A stretch of 45,437 nucleotides of DNA from Acholeplasma sp. (lineage in GTDB: Bacteria > Bacillota_I > Bacilli_A > Acholeplasmatales > UBA5453): the NCBI GenBank assembly GCA_036677365.1, contig JAVBWN010000008.1, positions 1 to 45,437 on the forward strand. The letters run 5' to 3'. The notes below the pieces were generated by a model. The model was not told the origin of the DNA and did not search any database. It saw only the letters and a program-made list of their open reading frames with translations. Below, piece by piece: positions 28,233 through 37,400 of this stretch. Each line of letters starts with the position of its first letter. The stretch's first letter is position 1. The position numbers were made by a program, and so were the translations under genes.

Positions 28233-29863
28233 CAGTTGGAAAGCTCTAAATGTAATTTAAATACCGGCATTAAGATGGTTAAATGGATGAAGAGTAACGC
28301 GACTAAAATCGGTGTGCCACCGACAGTGAGTGCGAGGAAGAACGAATACAAAATCGGGACAATCAATAAAATCGATACCAGCATGGTCAACCCATATACC
28401 ACATGTTTGAGTAAACGTTGTTTGGTTATCGATACATATAGGACGACAACCCCTAATAACGCTGGAACAAAAAAGAGGAATGACGCACCAGACAATACAA
28501 AACCTGTCAGTAACGCAATCAACAATTGAAAAGCAATCCCAAACGTCAAGAAGGCACGCATTTTTTCAATCGTATTCACTTTGATCGAATAATACTTATA
28601 ACCCAAACCGATCAGTAATACCATGAATAACATGGTAGGTAATTCAGATCCATTCATTCGAACATAGGTGAGTGAAAACGGTGTTCTACCGAACAAAGCC
28701 ATCACTTGTGCAAATAGGTATCCCAATACAATCACAACAAAGAATACCATGAAGAATCTAGATGTATAGTGTAAAATCTTCGTCTTTTCAATCGCGTTTT
28801 GTTTGAATAACCAAAACAATACCGCGATGAATGCTACTAGGGTAAGGATATGTAAAACATTCGCAGTGGTTTCACTATAGGAGATGAATACATTGGCGAA
28901 CAATGTAAAGAACACACTATCTTGTGAAGAAACAAAATAATCAACATCGCCATAGCGTGCATCTTCTACAAATGCTTTAACCAAGGGTTCAATTTGTTCC
29001 CCATAATGTTGAATCGATGTGACACTGACTTCTTGGTAATTATCGAGTGGGGTATGATAATGAGATAACCCTTCGAGTACCGCGAAGTTGATGCCTTGTT
29101 TGTCAATCGCTAAAAATTCAGTAAAATCGGTAAAGTTTGGCATCACTTGATAAACAGCCGTAGCGAGACTGTAAGATACAGGTAAATTGGCTTTACGATA
29201 AAACGATATAACCTTTTGATTGTTCGATGACGTTTCAAACATATAAGCTGCCCCACTGACGCCTCTGGCTTCGATGTTGATAATAAAAGCAATCTTGTCC
29301 ATCAAGGCGGTTTCGGTAGCCATCATTCTCGCACCATAAAGCCCGGTTTCTTCAGCATCCGTAAATAAGAAATAAATACTATTTTTAGGGTTAGAATCCT
29401 TATACAAATGGGCGATTTCGAGCATGGTTCCAAGCGCGTAGCCATCGTCGGCTGCGCCATACGAACGACCCAGTTCACCATAACGACCGATGTGACCTCG
29501 TGAATCGTAGTGTCCAACGAGCATGATACCTACTTCTGAATCCCCTGGGATGACACCAAGGACATTCTTTATGTCATAGTCCGTGCCTTCCCCTAAGGTT
29601 TCTTTCGAATAGTTATATTCATAGACATTGGACGCACCAACGTAAGTGGTCATCGTGTTTTTGATGTATAACCTAACCGCTTCATGTGCAACCGGGTCAA
29701 ATACAGAATGGGGTTCCCTTGAAATGACTTCGATGTGTTCTAAAGCTCGAACCGCTGAAAACCCATCGGGGTTCATTTTTGGTTTAGGGGTGTATAAAAC
29801 AAATAAACTTAAAAAAAGGGATAGTACTGTCGTAAGAATCGCGACTTTTTTCAAACATTTCAT
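28232..29863 (-). CDS. Membrane-bound M28 family metallopeptidase
   Basis: GHYDS, GAADDG, TDAEE, NIEARG and YHT; multi-TM C-terminal half. Confidence 0.9.
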   Translation of the reverse strand: MKCLKKVAILTTVLSLFLSLFVLYTPKPKMNPDGFSAVRALEHIEVISREPHSVFDPVAHEAVRLYIKNTMTTYVGASNVYEYNYSKETLGEGTDYDIKNVLGVIPGDSEVGIMLVGHYDSRGHIGRYGELGRSYGAADDGYALGTMLEIAHLYKDSNPKNSIYFLFTDAEETGLYGARMMATETALMDKIAFIINIEARGVSGAAYMFETSSNNQKVISFYRKANLPVSYSLATAVYQVMPNFTDFTEFLAIDKQGINFAVLEGLSHYHTPLDNYQEVSVTSIQHYGEQIEPLVKAFVEDARYGDVDYFVSSQDSVFFTLFANVFISYSETTANVLHILTLVAFIAVLFWLFKQNAIEKTKILHYTSRFFMVFFVVIVLGYLFAQVMALFGRTPFSLTYVRMNGSELPTMLFMVLLIGLGYKYYSIKVNTIEKMRAFLTFGIAFQLLIALLTGFVLSGASFLFFVPALLGVVVLYVSITKQRLLKHVVYGLTMLVSILLIVPILYSFFLALTVGGTPILVALLFIHLTILMPVFKLHLELSN

Positions 29864-29959
29864 GGTCTTCTCCTTAATACTTTGAAATTCAAAGTTACAT
29901 GTACTATCGTACCACCATTAAACAGATATTTCAACCCATCTTTCATCGATTGGAAATCA

Positions 29960-30001
29960 AAAGAAAAAAAACATGTGAATAAGTATAAACTTACCCACAT
30001 G
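29960..30001 (-). terminator. Terminator of the microprotein transcript
   Basis: Minus strand CATGTGGGTAAGT-ttat-ACTTATTCACATG followed by a T-run. Confidence 0.75.
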
Positions 30002-30051
30002 ACTTGTCTATTTTGGACAATGTAGTCGACATTCGACCGATGTTTACCTAA

Positions 30052-30162
30052 CTATTTTTTAGGTGCTGGTTTTGCTGTAGAAGGCTTAGCTGGTTGCGCT
30101 GCTGGTTTAGCTGGTTGAGCTGCAGGTTTAACTGGTTGTGGTGCTGGTTTCTTAGCTTGCAT
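30052..30162 (-). CDS. 36-aa Pro/Ala/Lys/Gln-repeat microprotein (MQAKKPAPQPVKPAAQPAKPAAQPAKPSTAKPAPKK)
   Basis: ATG 30162 to TAG 30052, G-rich RBS (AAGGGGGG), its own -10 TATAAT at 30313-30318 and a downstream terminator. It is below the ORF-track size cutoff. Confidence 0.75.
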   Translation of the reverse strand: MQAKKPAPQPVKPAAQPAKPAAQPAKPSTAKPAPKK

Positions 30163-30387
30163 GTGTGGTCCCCCCCTTTTTGTATAAAGTCGTTTATATA
30201 CATCAAACAGCCCCCAAATCAGTGGGTGATCGCACCAATGAATTCGCCAAACACTGCAGTTTTTTGAGTTCTAATCACACTTTGATATGGGCCGCTTTTG
30301 TTATCCAGCTTCATTATACTCAAGTGCCCTTAAAAGTAAAGAAAAATCATTCGGTTTTTAGGACTTTTTTAACCATTTTGAAGAAAA

Positions 30388-30427
30388 GTAAAACGCGACC
30401 TCATTTTTTGAAGAAGGTCGCGTTTAT
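30388..30427 (-). terminator. Terminator of the antiporter gene
   Basis: AAACGCGACCT...AGGTCGCGTTT inverted repeat. Confidence 0.65.
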
Positions 30428-30430
30428 TGG

Positions 30431-31603
30431 TCATTCGTTTTCGATTTTTAGCAGTGATGTGTGGGTCCAATCGATGAGGAATGCACCCAGTGGTGCGGTG
30501 AGGATGATGGCCATCACTGCGATGGCAAGTATCTCTGTTCCATGGGTAAAACCAAGCGCCAATGGGATGGCACCAATCGAGGCTTGTACGGTGGCCTTGG
30601 GTATATATGAGACCATCATGAAGATACGTTCTTTGGTATTCGTATTCGAATGGATTGCAGAAACCCATACCCCAAACAATCTAAATACCAAGATGAATCC
30701 GATGAGTCCAATGCCCATCAATCCGATGGTTGGTAAAACCGATATGTCCATCGCAGCCCCAACCAACACAAACAACAACATTTCAGTAAATACCCAAATC
30801 TTCTCATATTTTTTCAATAATCGCATCGATAATATCGGATAATCCTGATAAATCATGGAAGCCATCGCGATGATGCATAGTAGACCAGAGTAATAAAGTT
30901 GTTTTTCAAGCGATATGAATAGTAAAGCAAGCCCAATGATGATCAATACTTTCACGGTATCGCGCATATGGAACTTTTTGAAAAAATAGACCAACCCTTT
31001 ACCAATCAGAATACCATAAATAACGCCTAATACGATTTCAACCGGTACTAAGAGTAGGTTGGATAAATCAAAACTGCCTGTCTGTTTGATAGATACCCCA
31101 ATGGTGAATAATAGAATGACAACTATATCATCGGCAGAAGCCCCTGCCATCACCATATCTGGGATGCCACGCTTCGCACCATACTTCTTTTCAATGAGGT
31201 GAATCATCCTTGGTACGATGACAGCCGGTGAAACTGCCGCTAAAATCGTACCGAGAATAAACCCATCCACCCAAGCCCAACCCATCACAAATCGCGTAAA
31301 TAAAAGGGTACCTACGATTTCGAATGTGGCAGGTAAAAAGGTAAGTAACATAGCGATACGGCCTTGTGAACGGATTTTTTGGGTATCCAAGGACAACCCA
31401 GCACGGATCAAAATGATGATTAAAGCCATGGTTCTTAAATCTTGTGAAATGAGTAATAGCTGATCATCCATTTGATTGAGCACATAAGGTCCCAAAATGA
31501 TGCCGGTTAAAACAAAACCGATGAGTGAAGGCATTCGAATCTTTTTGAATAAAGCAGCGAGCATCAAGCCCACCAATAACACCAACGCTAGGGATAATAA
31601 CAT
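30431..31603 (-). CDS. Cation:proton antiporter (CPA family, Na+/H+ exchanger fold)
   Basis: GIILGP, ILIRAGL, AVSPAV, SADD, PKATVQA and many TM helices. Start 31603 follows GGAGG. Confidence 0.9.
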   Translation of the reverse strand: MLLSLALVLLVGLMLAALFKKIRMPSLIGFVLTGIILGPYVLNQMDDQLLLISQDLRTMALIIILIRAGLSLDTQKIRSQGRIAMLLTFLPATFEIVGTLLFTRFVMGWAWVDGFILGTILAAVSPAVIVPRMIHLIEKKYGAKRGIPDMVMAGASADDIVVILLFTIGVSIKQTGSFDLSNLLLVPVEIVLGVIYGILIGKGLVYFFKKFHMRDTVKVLIIIGLALLFISLEKQLYYSGLLCIIAMASMIYQDYPILSMRLLKKYEKIWVFTEMLLFVLVGAAMDISVLPTIGLMGIGLIGFILVFRLFGVWVSAIHSNTNTKERIFMMVSYIPKATVQASIGAIPLALGFTHGTEILAIAVMAIILTAPLGAFLIDWTHTSLLKIENE

Positions 31604-31613
31604 ACATACCTCC

Positions 31614-31706
31614 AAAAAAATAAAACTCCTACAACTAAAAAAGTTGTAGAAGTCATCAGCAAATTTGCGGTTTAAGTCAAAGACTTGGGGAGCACTTCAT
31701 TCCCAT
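31614..31706 (-). promoter_or_regulatory. Fluoride riboswitch (crcB motif) with overlapping terminator
   Basis: Minus strand GGGAATGAAGTGCTCCCC...AAACCGC...GCTGATGACTTCTAC, then hairpin ACTTCTACAACT/AGTTGTAGGAGT and a T-run. Promoter TTGACT-N17-TATCCT at 31711-31739. Confidence 0.9.
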
Positions 31707-31771
31707 AGATAGGATAATCTACATTCGATGAAAAGTCAAATACAATCAAACTTTTAAGCCGAATTTAGTCA

Positions 31772-33091
31772 TTAAGGTGTTTTGACATTAATGTTAAAGC
31801 TGTAAGTGTTCAATGGGTTTGTATCCAAATATAAATAGACTAGCCTATTGTATTCATTTAAAATCATGGTATAACCTTCAGAATTAATTGAATACGTTCC
31901 AAAAAGTGAATCATTATTAATGAGATGTAGCATTTTCATTCCAAAATAACTGGATACTGTGATTTCTGTACCCATCGGAAAATCAAATTCAATTATCATA
32001 AGGCCGTGTTGTGGGTCAGGTGTATAGTCATAGCTGCCCGAGGTATGGATGATTAAATTTGCTGCATCAAAAAGCGCTGTATCACCAATGCGTTTGATTT
32101 CTATCGTCAAAGAGGATACGAGTATTTGTACATATAAATAATAATACCCTGCTGTATGGATTGTATGATAAGGTTCTGCGAATGTTGGATTATCATAGCT
32201 ATGTTGAAACGTTTTATACCATTGTTGTGGTGTCTCTTTACTGACAATACTGATGTTGGATTTATGATTGGGGTTATTGGTCTCAATTTTATAAATACCA
32301 GCTTCGAGATAAATCTCATAAAATCCTGTATTCGACAAATAACCCTTATAGAGGATGGGTTTACTAGCATCAATCATCACTGGAAAATCACTACTTGGTA
32401 GTGGGAAAAATTGAGTTGAATCCTTCACATCCATCACATCGAAGGTTGCTTGTGTCAACTGACTCTCAAGTTGATATTGAAGCGTTTTATTTTCAAATGT
32501 GAATTCAAAAGATAACTCATATAGCATTGTTGTTTCTGAAAACCGGATATCCATGGTTGGACGAATTCGGTAACCCCCTTTTTTGGTTGGATAAAGTTGA
32601 TCCAACGTATCATAAATTTGATCTAAAGAGGCATCCGTAAAAAAGTTTTCCAAATCACCTTTGAGCACATAATGCATATTATTCTTCTTTGTAATCACTA
32701 ACGATTTGGTTTTAATTTCAATTTCACCCACCACATCGTTGTTTTGATCTATTTCGAGATAGAACAGCTTGCCTTCATAAGTGTACGAATTGACTTGATA
32801 GGTATGTAATTCTCCATCGATTTTGGTTTGAATATAGTTACCAGTGTTGTCTTCATAACGGACATAATATGGGTCACGTTGGTATTCACCTGTGATGGTT
32901 TCTTTCTCAGTGGATGTCCGCGTATTGAAGGAAACTTTAGCCATTCCAGACATGGTAAACGTATACTGATTAACCGTACTTTCAAACGCTTGGATTTTTT
33001 CATTGAGTTCTTTACCGTATAGCCCTAAAGAAATCGTTGAACATCCGGACATAATAAAAATGAAAACCGATGCTAACATCATTTTTTTCAT
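31772..33091 (-). CDS. Hypothetical lipoprotein
   Basis: MKK + hydrophobic stretch + MSG-C lipobox; no family recognised. Confidence 0.7.
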   Translation of the reverse strand: MKKMMLASVFIFIMSGCSTISLGLYGKELNEKIQAFESTVNQYTFTMSGMAKVSFNTRTSTEKETITGEYQRDPYYVRYEDNTGNYIQTKIDGELHTYQVNSYTYEGKLFYLEIDQNNDVVGEIEIKTKSLVITKKNNMHYVLKGDLENFFTDASLDQIYDTLDQLYPTKKGGYRIRPTMDIRFSETTMLYELSFEFTFENKTLQYQLESQLTQATFDVMDVKDSTQFFPLPSSDFPVMIDASKPILYKGYLSNTGFYEIYLEAGIYKIETNNPNHKSNISIVSKETPQQWYKTFQHSYDNPTFAEPYHTIHTAGYYYLYVQILVSSLTIEIKRIGDTALFDAANLIIHTSGSYDYTPDPQHGLMIIEFDFPMGTEITVSSYFGMKMLHLINNDSLFGTYSINSEGYTMILNEYNRLVYLYLDTNPLNTYSFNINVKTP

Positions 33092-33160
33092 CGTAGCACC
33101 TCTAATAAGTAACTATATTTAGTATAGCATATTATTTTATAATATTGAATCCTTAATCGA

Positions 33161-33184
33161 AAAAAAAAGCCCTGGGTTCAGGGC
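33161..33184 (-). terminator. Terminator of the amino-acid ABC/yerC operon
   Basis: GCCCTG-ggtt-CAGGGC with a minus-strand T-run. Confidence 0.75.
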
Positions 33185-33194
33185 AATGGATTAA

Positions 33195-33482
33195 TTACTT
33201 CTTATTTTGTTTGATGAGGACCCGCGCATATCCGCCTGCACCATAACGGACACAGGTAGAAACACGGCTCAAGGTCGTCGAACTGATGTGGGTTTCTTGA
33301 ATGATTTGTTCATATGTTTTCCCTTGTAATAGAAGCTTCGCAGCATGTAAGCGTTGTGCCATCGCATCGACTTCTTTGATGGTGCACAAATCTTCAAAAA
33401 AAGCATAGGCTTCTTCGAGCGATTCTAATTTGAGGATACTTTCTAGTAATGCATCGTTCATTGGGCTCTTCAGTTTCGACAT
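33195..33482 (-). CDS. YerC/YecD family TrpR-related regulator (HisR-like)
   Basis: FFEDLCT.KE...MAQR...A.LL...TY..I...T..S.TT.SRV...YG..GY. Confidence 0.9.
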   Translation of the reverse strand: MSKLKSPMNDALLESILKLESLEEAYAFFEDLCTIKEVDAMAQRLHAAKLLLQGKTYEQIIQETHISSTTLSRVSTCVRYGAGGYARVLIKQNKK

Positions 33483-33491
33483 AACAAGACC

Positions 33492-34205
33492 TCACTTCAG
33501 AAAATCATCAAATATACCATCAATATTTTCGATATCTTGAATGTTTTCACTGAAAATGATACTCGAATTCTTCATAAAAAGCAATCGAGAGGAGATTAAT
33601 TTTGCGAAACGTAAATCATGTGTCACAATTAAGATACCAATTTGCTCATTTTTCAATTTGATAATGATGTCTACCAAGTCATCGATTGATTTGATATCGA
33701 GCGCTGAGGTCGGTTCATCAAACAACAAGATTTTAGGGTGGGTTGCTAGGGCTCTAGCAATCGCGATGCGTTGTTTTTGTCCACCTGACAAGGTGATGGG
33801 ATACGCATCGATCTTATCTTCTAATCCAACCAATTTCAACAACCGTTCGGTTTCTTTTATAATCGTGGCTTTATCTCTTTTAAAAACGATTCTAGGCGAA
33901 AGTTCAAGGTTTTGTCTGACTGTGAGGTGCTCAAACAAGCCAAAATCCTGAAAGATAAAGCCCATGTGTTGATAAAGTGCGCGTTTTTGGTTTTTTTCTA
34001 AGGTGGTGGTTGAAGTCCCTAAAATGATGACCTCACCTACAGAAGGTGTTTCAAGGTTCGCAATCAGTTTGAGAAGTGTACTCTTGCCAGACCCAGAAGG
34101 ACCAATGATACTCAATACTTCACCTGAATCAAGTGACAAATCGACCTGGCTCACTGCCTTTAAATTTTGATAATTTTTGGATAGATTTTTGGTTTCTAAG
34201 AGCAT
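33492..34205 (-). CDS. Polar amino acid ABC ATP-binding protein
   Basis: GPSGSGKS, LSGGQKQRIAIARAL and FDEPTSALD. Confidence 0.9.
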   Translation of the reverse strand: MLLETKNLSKNYQNLKAVSQVDLSLDSGEVLSIIGPSGSGKSTLLKLIANLETPSVGEVIILGTSTTTLEKNQKRALYQHMGFIFQDFGLFEHLTVRQNLELSPRIVFKRDKATIIKETERLLKLVGLEDKIDAYPITLSGGQKQRIAIARALATHPKILLFDEPTSALDIKSIDDLVDIIIKLKNEQIGILIVTHDLRFAKLISSRLLFMKNSSIIFSENIQDIENIDGIFDDFLK

Positions 34206-34206
34206 A

Positions 34207-34863
34207 TCAATTCACCCCGTAAGCGACCAATCGTCGTTTTTCAATGCGTTTAAAAATATACACAATGACATAGGTAAAAATCAAATACAAAATAGCGGCG
34301 ATGAAATAAGCTTCTACCCGAAAGTCTCTGCTGACCGTTTCTCGTGTGTTTCTTAATATATCTGAAATCGCAACCGCACTAACCAATGCGGTATCTTTGA
34401 CGAGTGTGATCATTTCATTGGCAATCGATGGCAATGTTTTATGGATGGTTTGAGGTAGAATCACATATCGATACATTTGATATGGATTCAGTGACAATGC
34501 CTTAGAAGCGTCGTATTGAGACTTGGGTATGGCATTCATCCCTCCTCTAAATATTTCAACAAAATAAGCCGTATAGTTGATGATGAATGTCAAAACCGCA
34601 CCATAGATTTCATCGATTAAGAATATGCTACCAAATAGAATTGGCAACCCATAGACCACAAAAAAGATTTGTAATAGTAGTGGGGTACCACGAATCACCC
34701 ATGTGTATAAGTCGATGATTCTACTGACCATAGGGATATTTAATTTTCGAATGACCGCGATGAATAAGCCGAGAGGTATCGACAACAAGGTCATAGAAAA
34801 GACTAAAAGGGTTGTTTTCGACCCTTGTAGTAAGTAAAGCAATACCTCTATGATGTAATCCAT
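34207..34863 (-). CDS. Polar amino acid ABC permease
   Basis: RGTPLLLQ, AYFVEIFRGG and LVKDTAL. Confidence 0.92.
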   Translation of the reverse strand: MDYIIEVLLYLLQGSKTTLLVFSMTLLSIPLGLFIAVIRKLNIPMVSRIIDLYTWVIRGTPLLLQIFFVVYGLPILFGSIFLIDEIYGAVLTFIINYTAYFVEIFRGGMNAIPKSQYDASKALSLNPYQMYRYVILPQTIHKTLPSIANEMITLVKDTALVSAVAISDILRNTRETVSRDFRVEAYFIAAILYLIFTYVIVYIFKRIEKRRLVAYGVN

Positions 34864-35648
34864 TAGCCTCGAATGAATAGGTTAACGCCAAAATATTTGA
34901 CCGAAATCGGTTGAATCAAACCTTCATTGTATAGTTCATCCAAAATTTCATCGACACGATCACGTAAATCTTCGTCACCCAATCTAAAACCCACACCGTA
35001 TTGTTCAGAACCAATGATTTCAGTGCCAATTTGATACGTATTATTGTTTTTCATCACCACATAACGGGCATAGATTTCATCGACAATAACCGCATCTACC
35101 AATCCGGCATTGAGTGCTAAAATCGCTTCAGAAGAGGTGTTGTATTTTTTCACTTCATTTACTGAAGATGTGATTAAGGTATTTTTGCCTACAGCGATGT
35201 CCGCTGAAGAACTTGTTTCAACGCCAATCTTCTTACCACTTAGATTCGCAATCGTGTTGATATTCGAACCTGTTTTTGAAATGATGATCAAATTATTGTC
35301 AAAATAAGGTTTCGAAAACGTCATTTCAAGTTTACGTTCATCCGTGATGGTCAAACCATTCCAAATAGCATCGATTCTACGAGACTTAAGTTCAACGACT
35401 TTTGCATCCCAATCGATATAACGAAATTCTAACTTGACACCCAAGCGTTCAAACACCAATTGCGCGATTTCAATATCAAACCCAGTCGGTTCGCCATTTT
35501 CTAGAAAACCCATCGGTGGGAAATCTGTATACCCTAAAATAAATGTGCCTTTATCTGTGATGTATTCTAAATCTGTTTTGGCGGGTTGACATGCCGATAG
35601 TATCGCTGTGCTCACCAAAAGTAATGCTAAAACAAACCATTTTTTCAT
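34863..35648 (-). CDS. Polar amino acid ABC substrate-binding lipoprotein
   Basis: Lipobox LSA-C; FPPMGF, GFDIE and IWNGLTITDER. Start 35648 follows GGAAGG. Confidence 0.92.
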   Translation of the reverse strand: MKKWFVLALLLVSTAILSACQPAKTDLEYITDKGTFILGYTDFPPMGFLENGEPTGFDIEIAQLVFERLGVKLEFRYIDWDAKVVELKSRRIDAIWNGLTITDERKLEMTFSKPYFDNNLIIISKTGSNINTIANLSGKKIGVETSSSADIAVGKNTLITSSVNEVKKYNTSSEAILALNAGLVDAVIVDEIYARYVVMKNNNTYQIGTEIIGSEQYGVGFRLGDEDLRDRVDEILDELYNEGLIQPISVKYFGVNLFIRG

Positions 35649-35679
35649 ATTTAAGTTACCTTCCTTTGTTCTGCCTTCC

Positions 35680-35711
35680 ATTATACTTTATCACTCTACT
35701 GCAGTAAAGGG
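35680..35711 (-). promoter_or_regulatory. Promoter with overlapping candidate YerC/HisR operator(s)
   Basis: TTTACT-N17-TATAAT on the minus strand. Palindrome CACTCTA-CTGCAG-TAAAGGG (35692-35711) plus a TACTTTA half-site offset by 8 bp. Confidence 0.6.
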
Positions 35712-35715
35712 TTAA

Positions 35716-35961
35716 ACGTATGATAACGATTTCACAAAATCTTGTATAAATACAAAAAAACAAGCGTTATGGCTTGTCTTATCGGATGCAGAAATCATCA
35801 TCACACATCGCGTTGTTTTGAGTGGCCATGGGGCGAAAATCGATATCCGAACAGGCGACATCGATGAAAAAACCCATTTAGCGATGTTCAAACTACCAAC
35901 CAAACAGGTTAAAACGTTTGAAGTCAAAAATGAAAACGATCAAGTTTATATACAAAAATAA
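35716..35961 (+). pseudogene. Possible decayed Rieske-ferredoxin-like remnant
   Basis: Open frame with no N-terminal start codon: ...LSGHGAKIDIRTG...KTFEVKNENDQVYIQK*. It resembles CPxHGAKFDIRTG...KTYPV but lacks the Cys ligands. Confidence 0.4.
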
Positions 35962-35987
35962 TCGGTCAATGGACCGATTATTTATTT
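35955..35987. terminator. Bidirectional terminator
   Basis: AAATAATCGGTC-aatg-GACCGATTATTT. Confidence 0.7.
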
Positions 35988-36409
35988 TCAAATAAAGATA
36001 TATACGCCCCATAGCCAGCAGATTCTAATGCTTCTACAGGAATGAATCTTAAGGCGGCTGAATTGATACAATACCTCAACCCACCCAGTGCTCTTGGACC
36101 ATCGTCAAAGACATGTCCCAAATGGCTATCTGCTTCTTTACTTCTAATTTCAATTCGAAACATGCCATGGGTATAATCTTTTTTCTCAACCACCAATTTT
36201 GGATCAATTGGTTTGGAAAAACTTGGCCAGCCACACCCAGAATCAAACTTATCTAAGGATGTGAATAAGGGGGTTCCATCGACAATATCGACATACAATC
36301 CCGGTTTGGTGTTATGCCAAAACTCATTATGAAATGGCGGTTCTGTCGCGTTTTCTTGGGTTACCTTGTATTGGATTTCGGATAAAAAAGTCAAGTCTTT
36401 TGGTTTCAT
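35978..36409 (-). CDS. msrB: Peptide-methionine (R)-S-oxide reductase
   Basis: [25 protein letters not shown] and RYCINS. Confidence 0.97.
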   Translation of the reverse strand: MKPKDLTFLSEIQYKVTQENATEPPFHNEFWHNTKPGLYVDIVDGTPLFTSLDKFDSGCGWPSFSKPIDPKLVVEKKDYTHGMFRIEIRSKEADSHLGHVFDDGPRALGGLRYCINSAALRFIPVEALESAGYGAYISLFENK

Positions 36410-36437
36410 CTTAACACCTCAAGGTTATTGTATCAAA

Positions 36438-36773
36438 CTATGTTCCAAAATCAAAATTGGATGCTACAGGGTTGACCCATACCCCATGTTCTACCACAAA
36501 CGGTGCCATCATCACAACAGCTTCTGCGTTGATTGGTCCGTATATGTGCGGAAAAAACAAACGATTGTTATTCTTATCTTCATATTTGACTTCACTGGTT
36601 AATTTCGATTCATCGATGATGATGACAACCAGGTTTGGTTTATCCAAGAGTTTTGGTACCACCAAAGGAAACAGTTCAAAGGTAGAGGCGTGGATAAACG
36701 GGTGATTGGCTAAAATCGAAGACCCCAATGGTTTTTCTTCACACAATGATTGTTCGAGGTTAACAATGATCAT
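36438..36773 (-). CDS. DUF952 family protein
   Basis: FIHAS, V.YE and FPHIYGPIN..AV. Confidence 0.8.
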   Translation of the reverse strand: MIIVNLEQSLCEEKPLGSSILANHPFIHASTFELFPLVVPKLLDKPNLVVIIIDESKLTSEVKYEDKNNNRLFFPHIYGPINAEAVVMMAPFVVEHGVWVNPVASNFDFGT

Positions 36774-37054
36774 ATATTGACCCAATAAGCACTGCCATCA
36801 TTGGTGCGGCTGATTAAACCTAAATCGACAAGGTATCGTCTGATCATGACGAAATCATGATAAATGGGTTTGAGCACTTCATTGATTTCTTTTTCTGTGT
36901 ATCTTTTATTTGTATCAAGCGCTTTGACGATGAACAAACATACCCCATGTTGTCTTTTTTGTTTAGATGGGAATGATTTCAATACCAATTCATCGCCTTT
37001 TTCAAAGTATTGTTCATAGATGTCATGTAACTCCATTTCAGTGAGGACTTGCAT
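36770..37054 (-). CDS. DUF2087 family protein
   Basis: FPSKQK, YTEKEIN, D.V.IRRYLVD.G and R..DGS.YW. Confidence 0.85.
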   Translation of the reverse strand: MQVLTEMELHDIYEQYFEKGDELVLKSFPSKQKRQHGVCLFIVKALDTNKRYTEKEINEVLKPIYHDFVMIRRYLVDLGLISRTNDGSAYWVNI

Positions 37055-37119
37055 AAAAACACCACCTTCTTATTCATTATAAACCCTAAAAAGAAAAATG
37101 AAACTGGCAAATGCCAATT

Positions 37120-37338
37120 TCACTTCTTTTCGAGTTTACATGTGTTGATGCCAAATAGGGTGTATAAACCGCAGAAACTGAATAGAGCTGTCAATGTTAA
37201 TACCACAGCGAACACAAACAGTGCGATCGATAACCACAAGATTTGGTTTAAGAGTAATACGCCTACAACGACGAGCAAAGCGGATAATACATAACGAATC
37301 AACTTGTCGGTAGACCCAACATTCTTTTGAATTTTCAT
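37120..37338 (-). CDS. DUF2892 (YgaP-like) small membrane protein
   Basis: KNVG..DK.IR, two TM helices and FC.LY..FGINTC. Confidence 0.85.
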   Translation of the reverse strand: MKIQKNVGSTDKLIRYVLSALLVVVGVLLLNQILWLSIALFVFAVVLTLTALFSFCGLYTLFGINTCKLEKK

Positions 37339-37400
37339 CTTGATTACCTCCATAGTTTCATTGTAATCCGATGAAAGATAAATTCCTATGATAATGCTTA

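Noticed and set aside
30055..30150. GCTGGTT repeats as a CRISPR array or DNA-level repeat
   Set aside because: The period is 21 nt and in frame, with synonymous variation and no unique spacers or cas genes. It is explained by the peptide repeat.
29960..30310. tmRNA, RNase P or 6S identity for the ~340-nt transcript
   Set aside because: No tRNA-like ends, no tag ending in a hydrophobic-Ala motif, and no RNase P conserved segments that I can recognise.
30165..30842. 225-aa plus-strand ORF and the other long antisense ORFs (e.g. 33541-33951, 10993-11382, 9748-10098)
   Set aside because: They are shadows of well-supported minus-strand genes, with no RBS or recognisable motifs.
35712..35927. 71-aa minus-strand ORF
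   Set aside because: No RBS, it lies downstream of the msrB terminator, and the opposite strand has the more protein-like frame.
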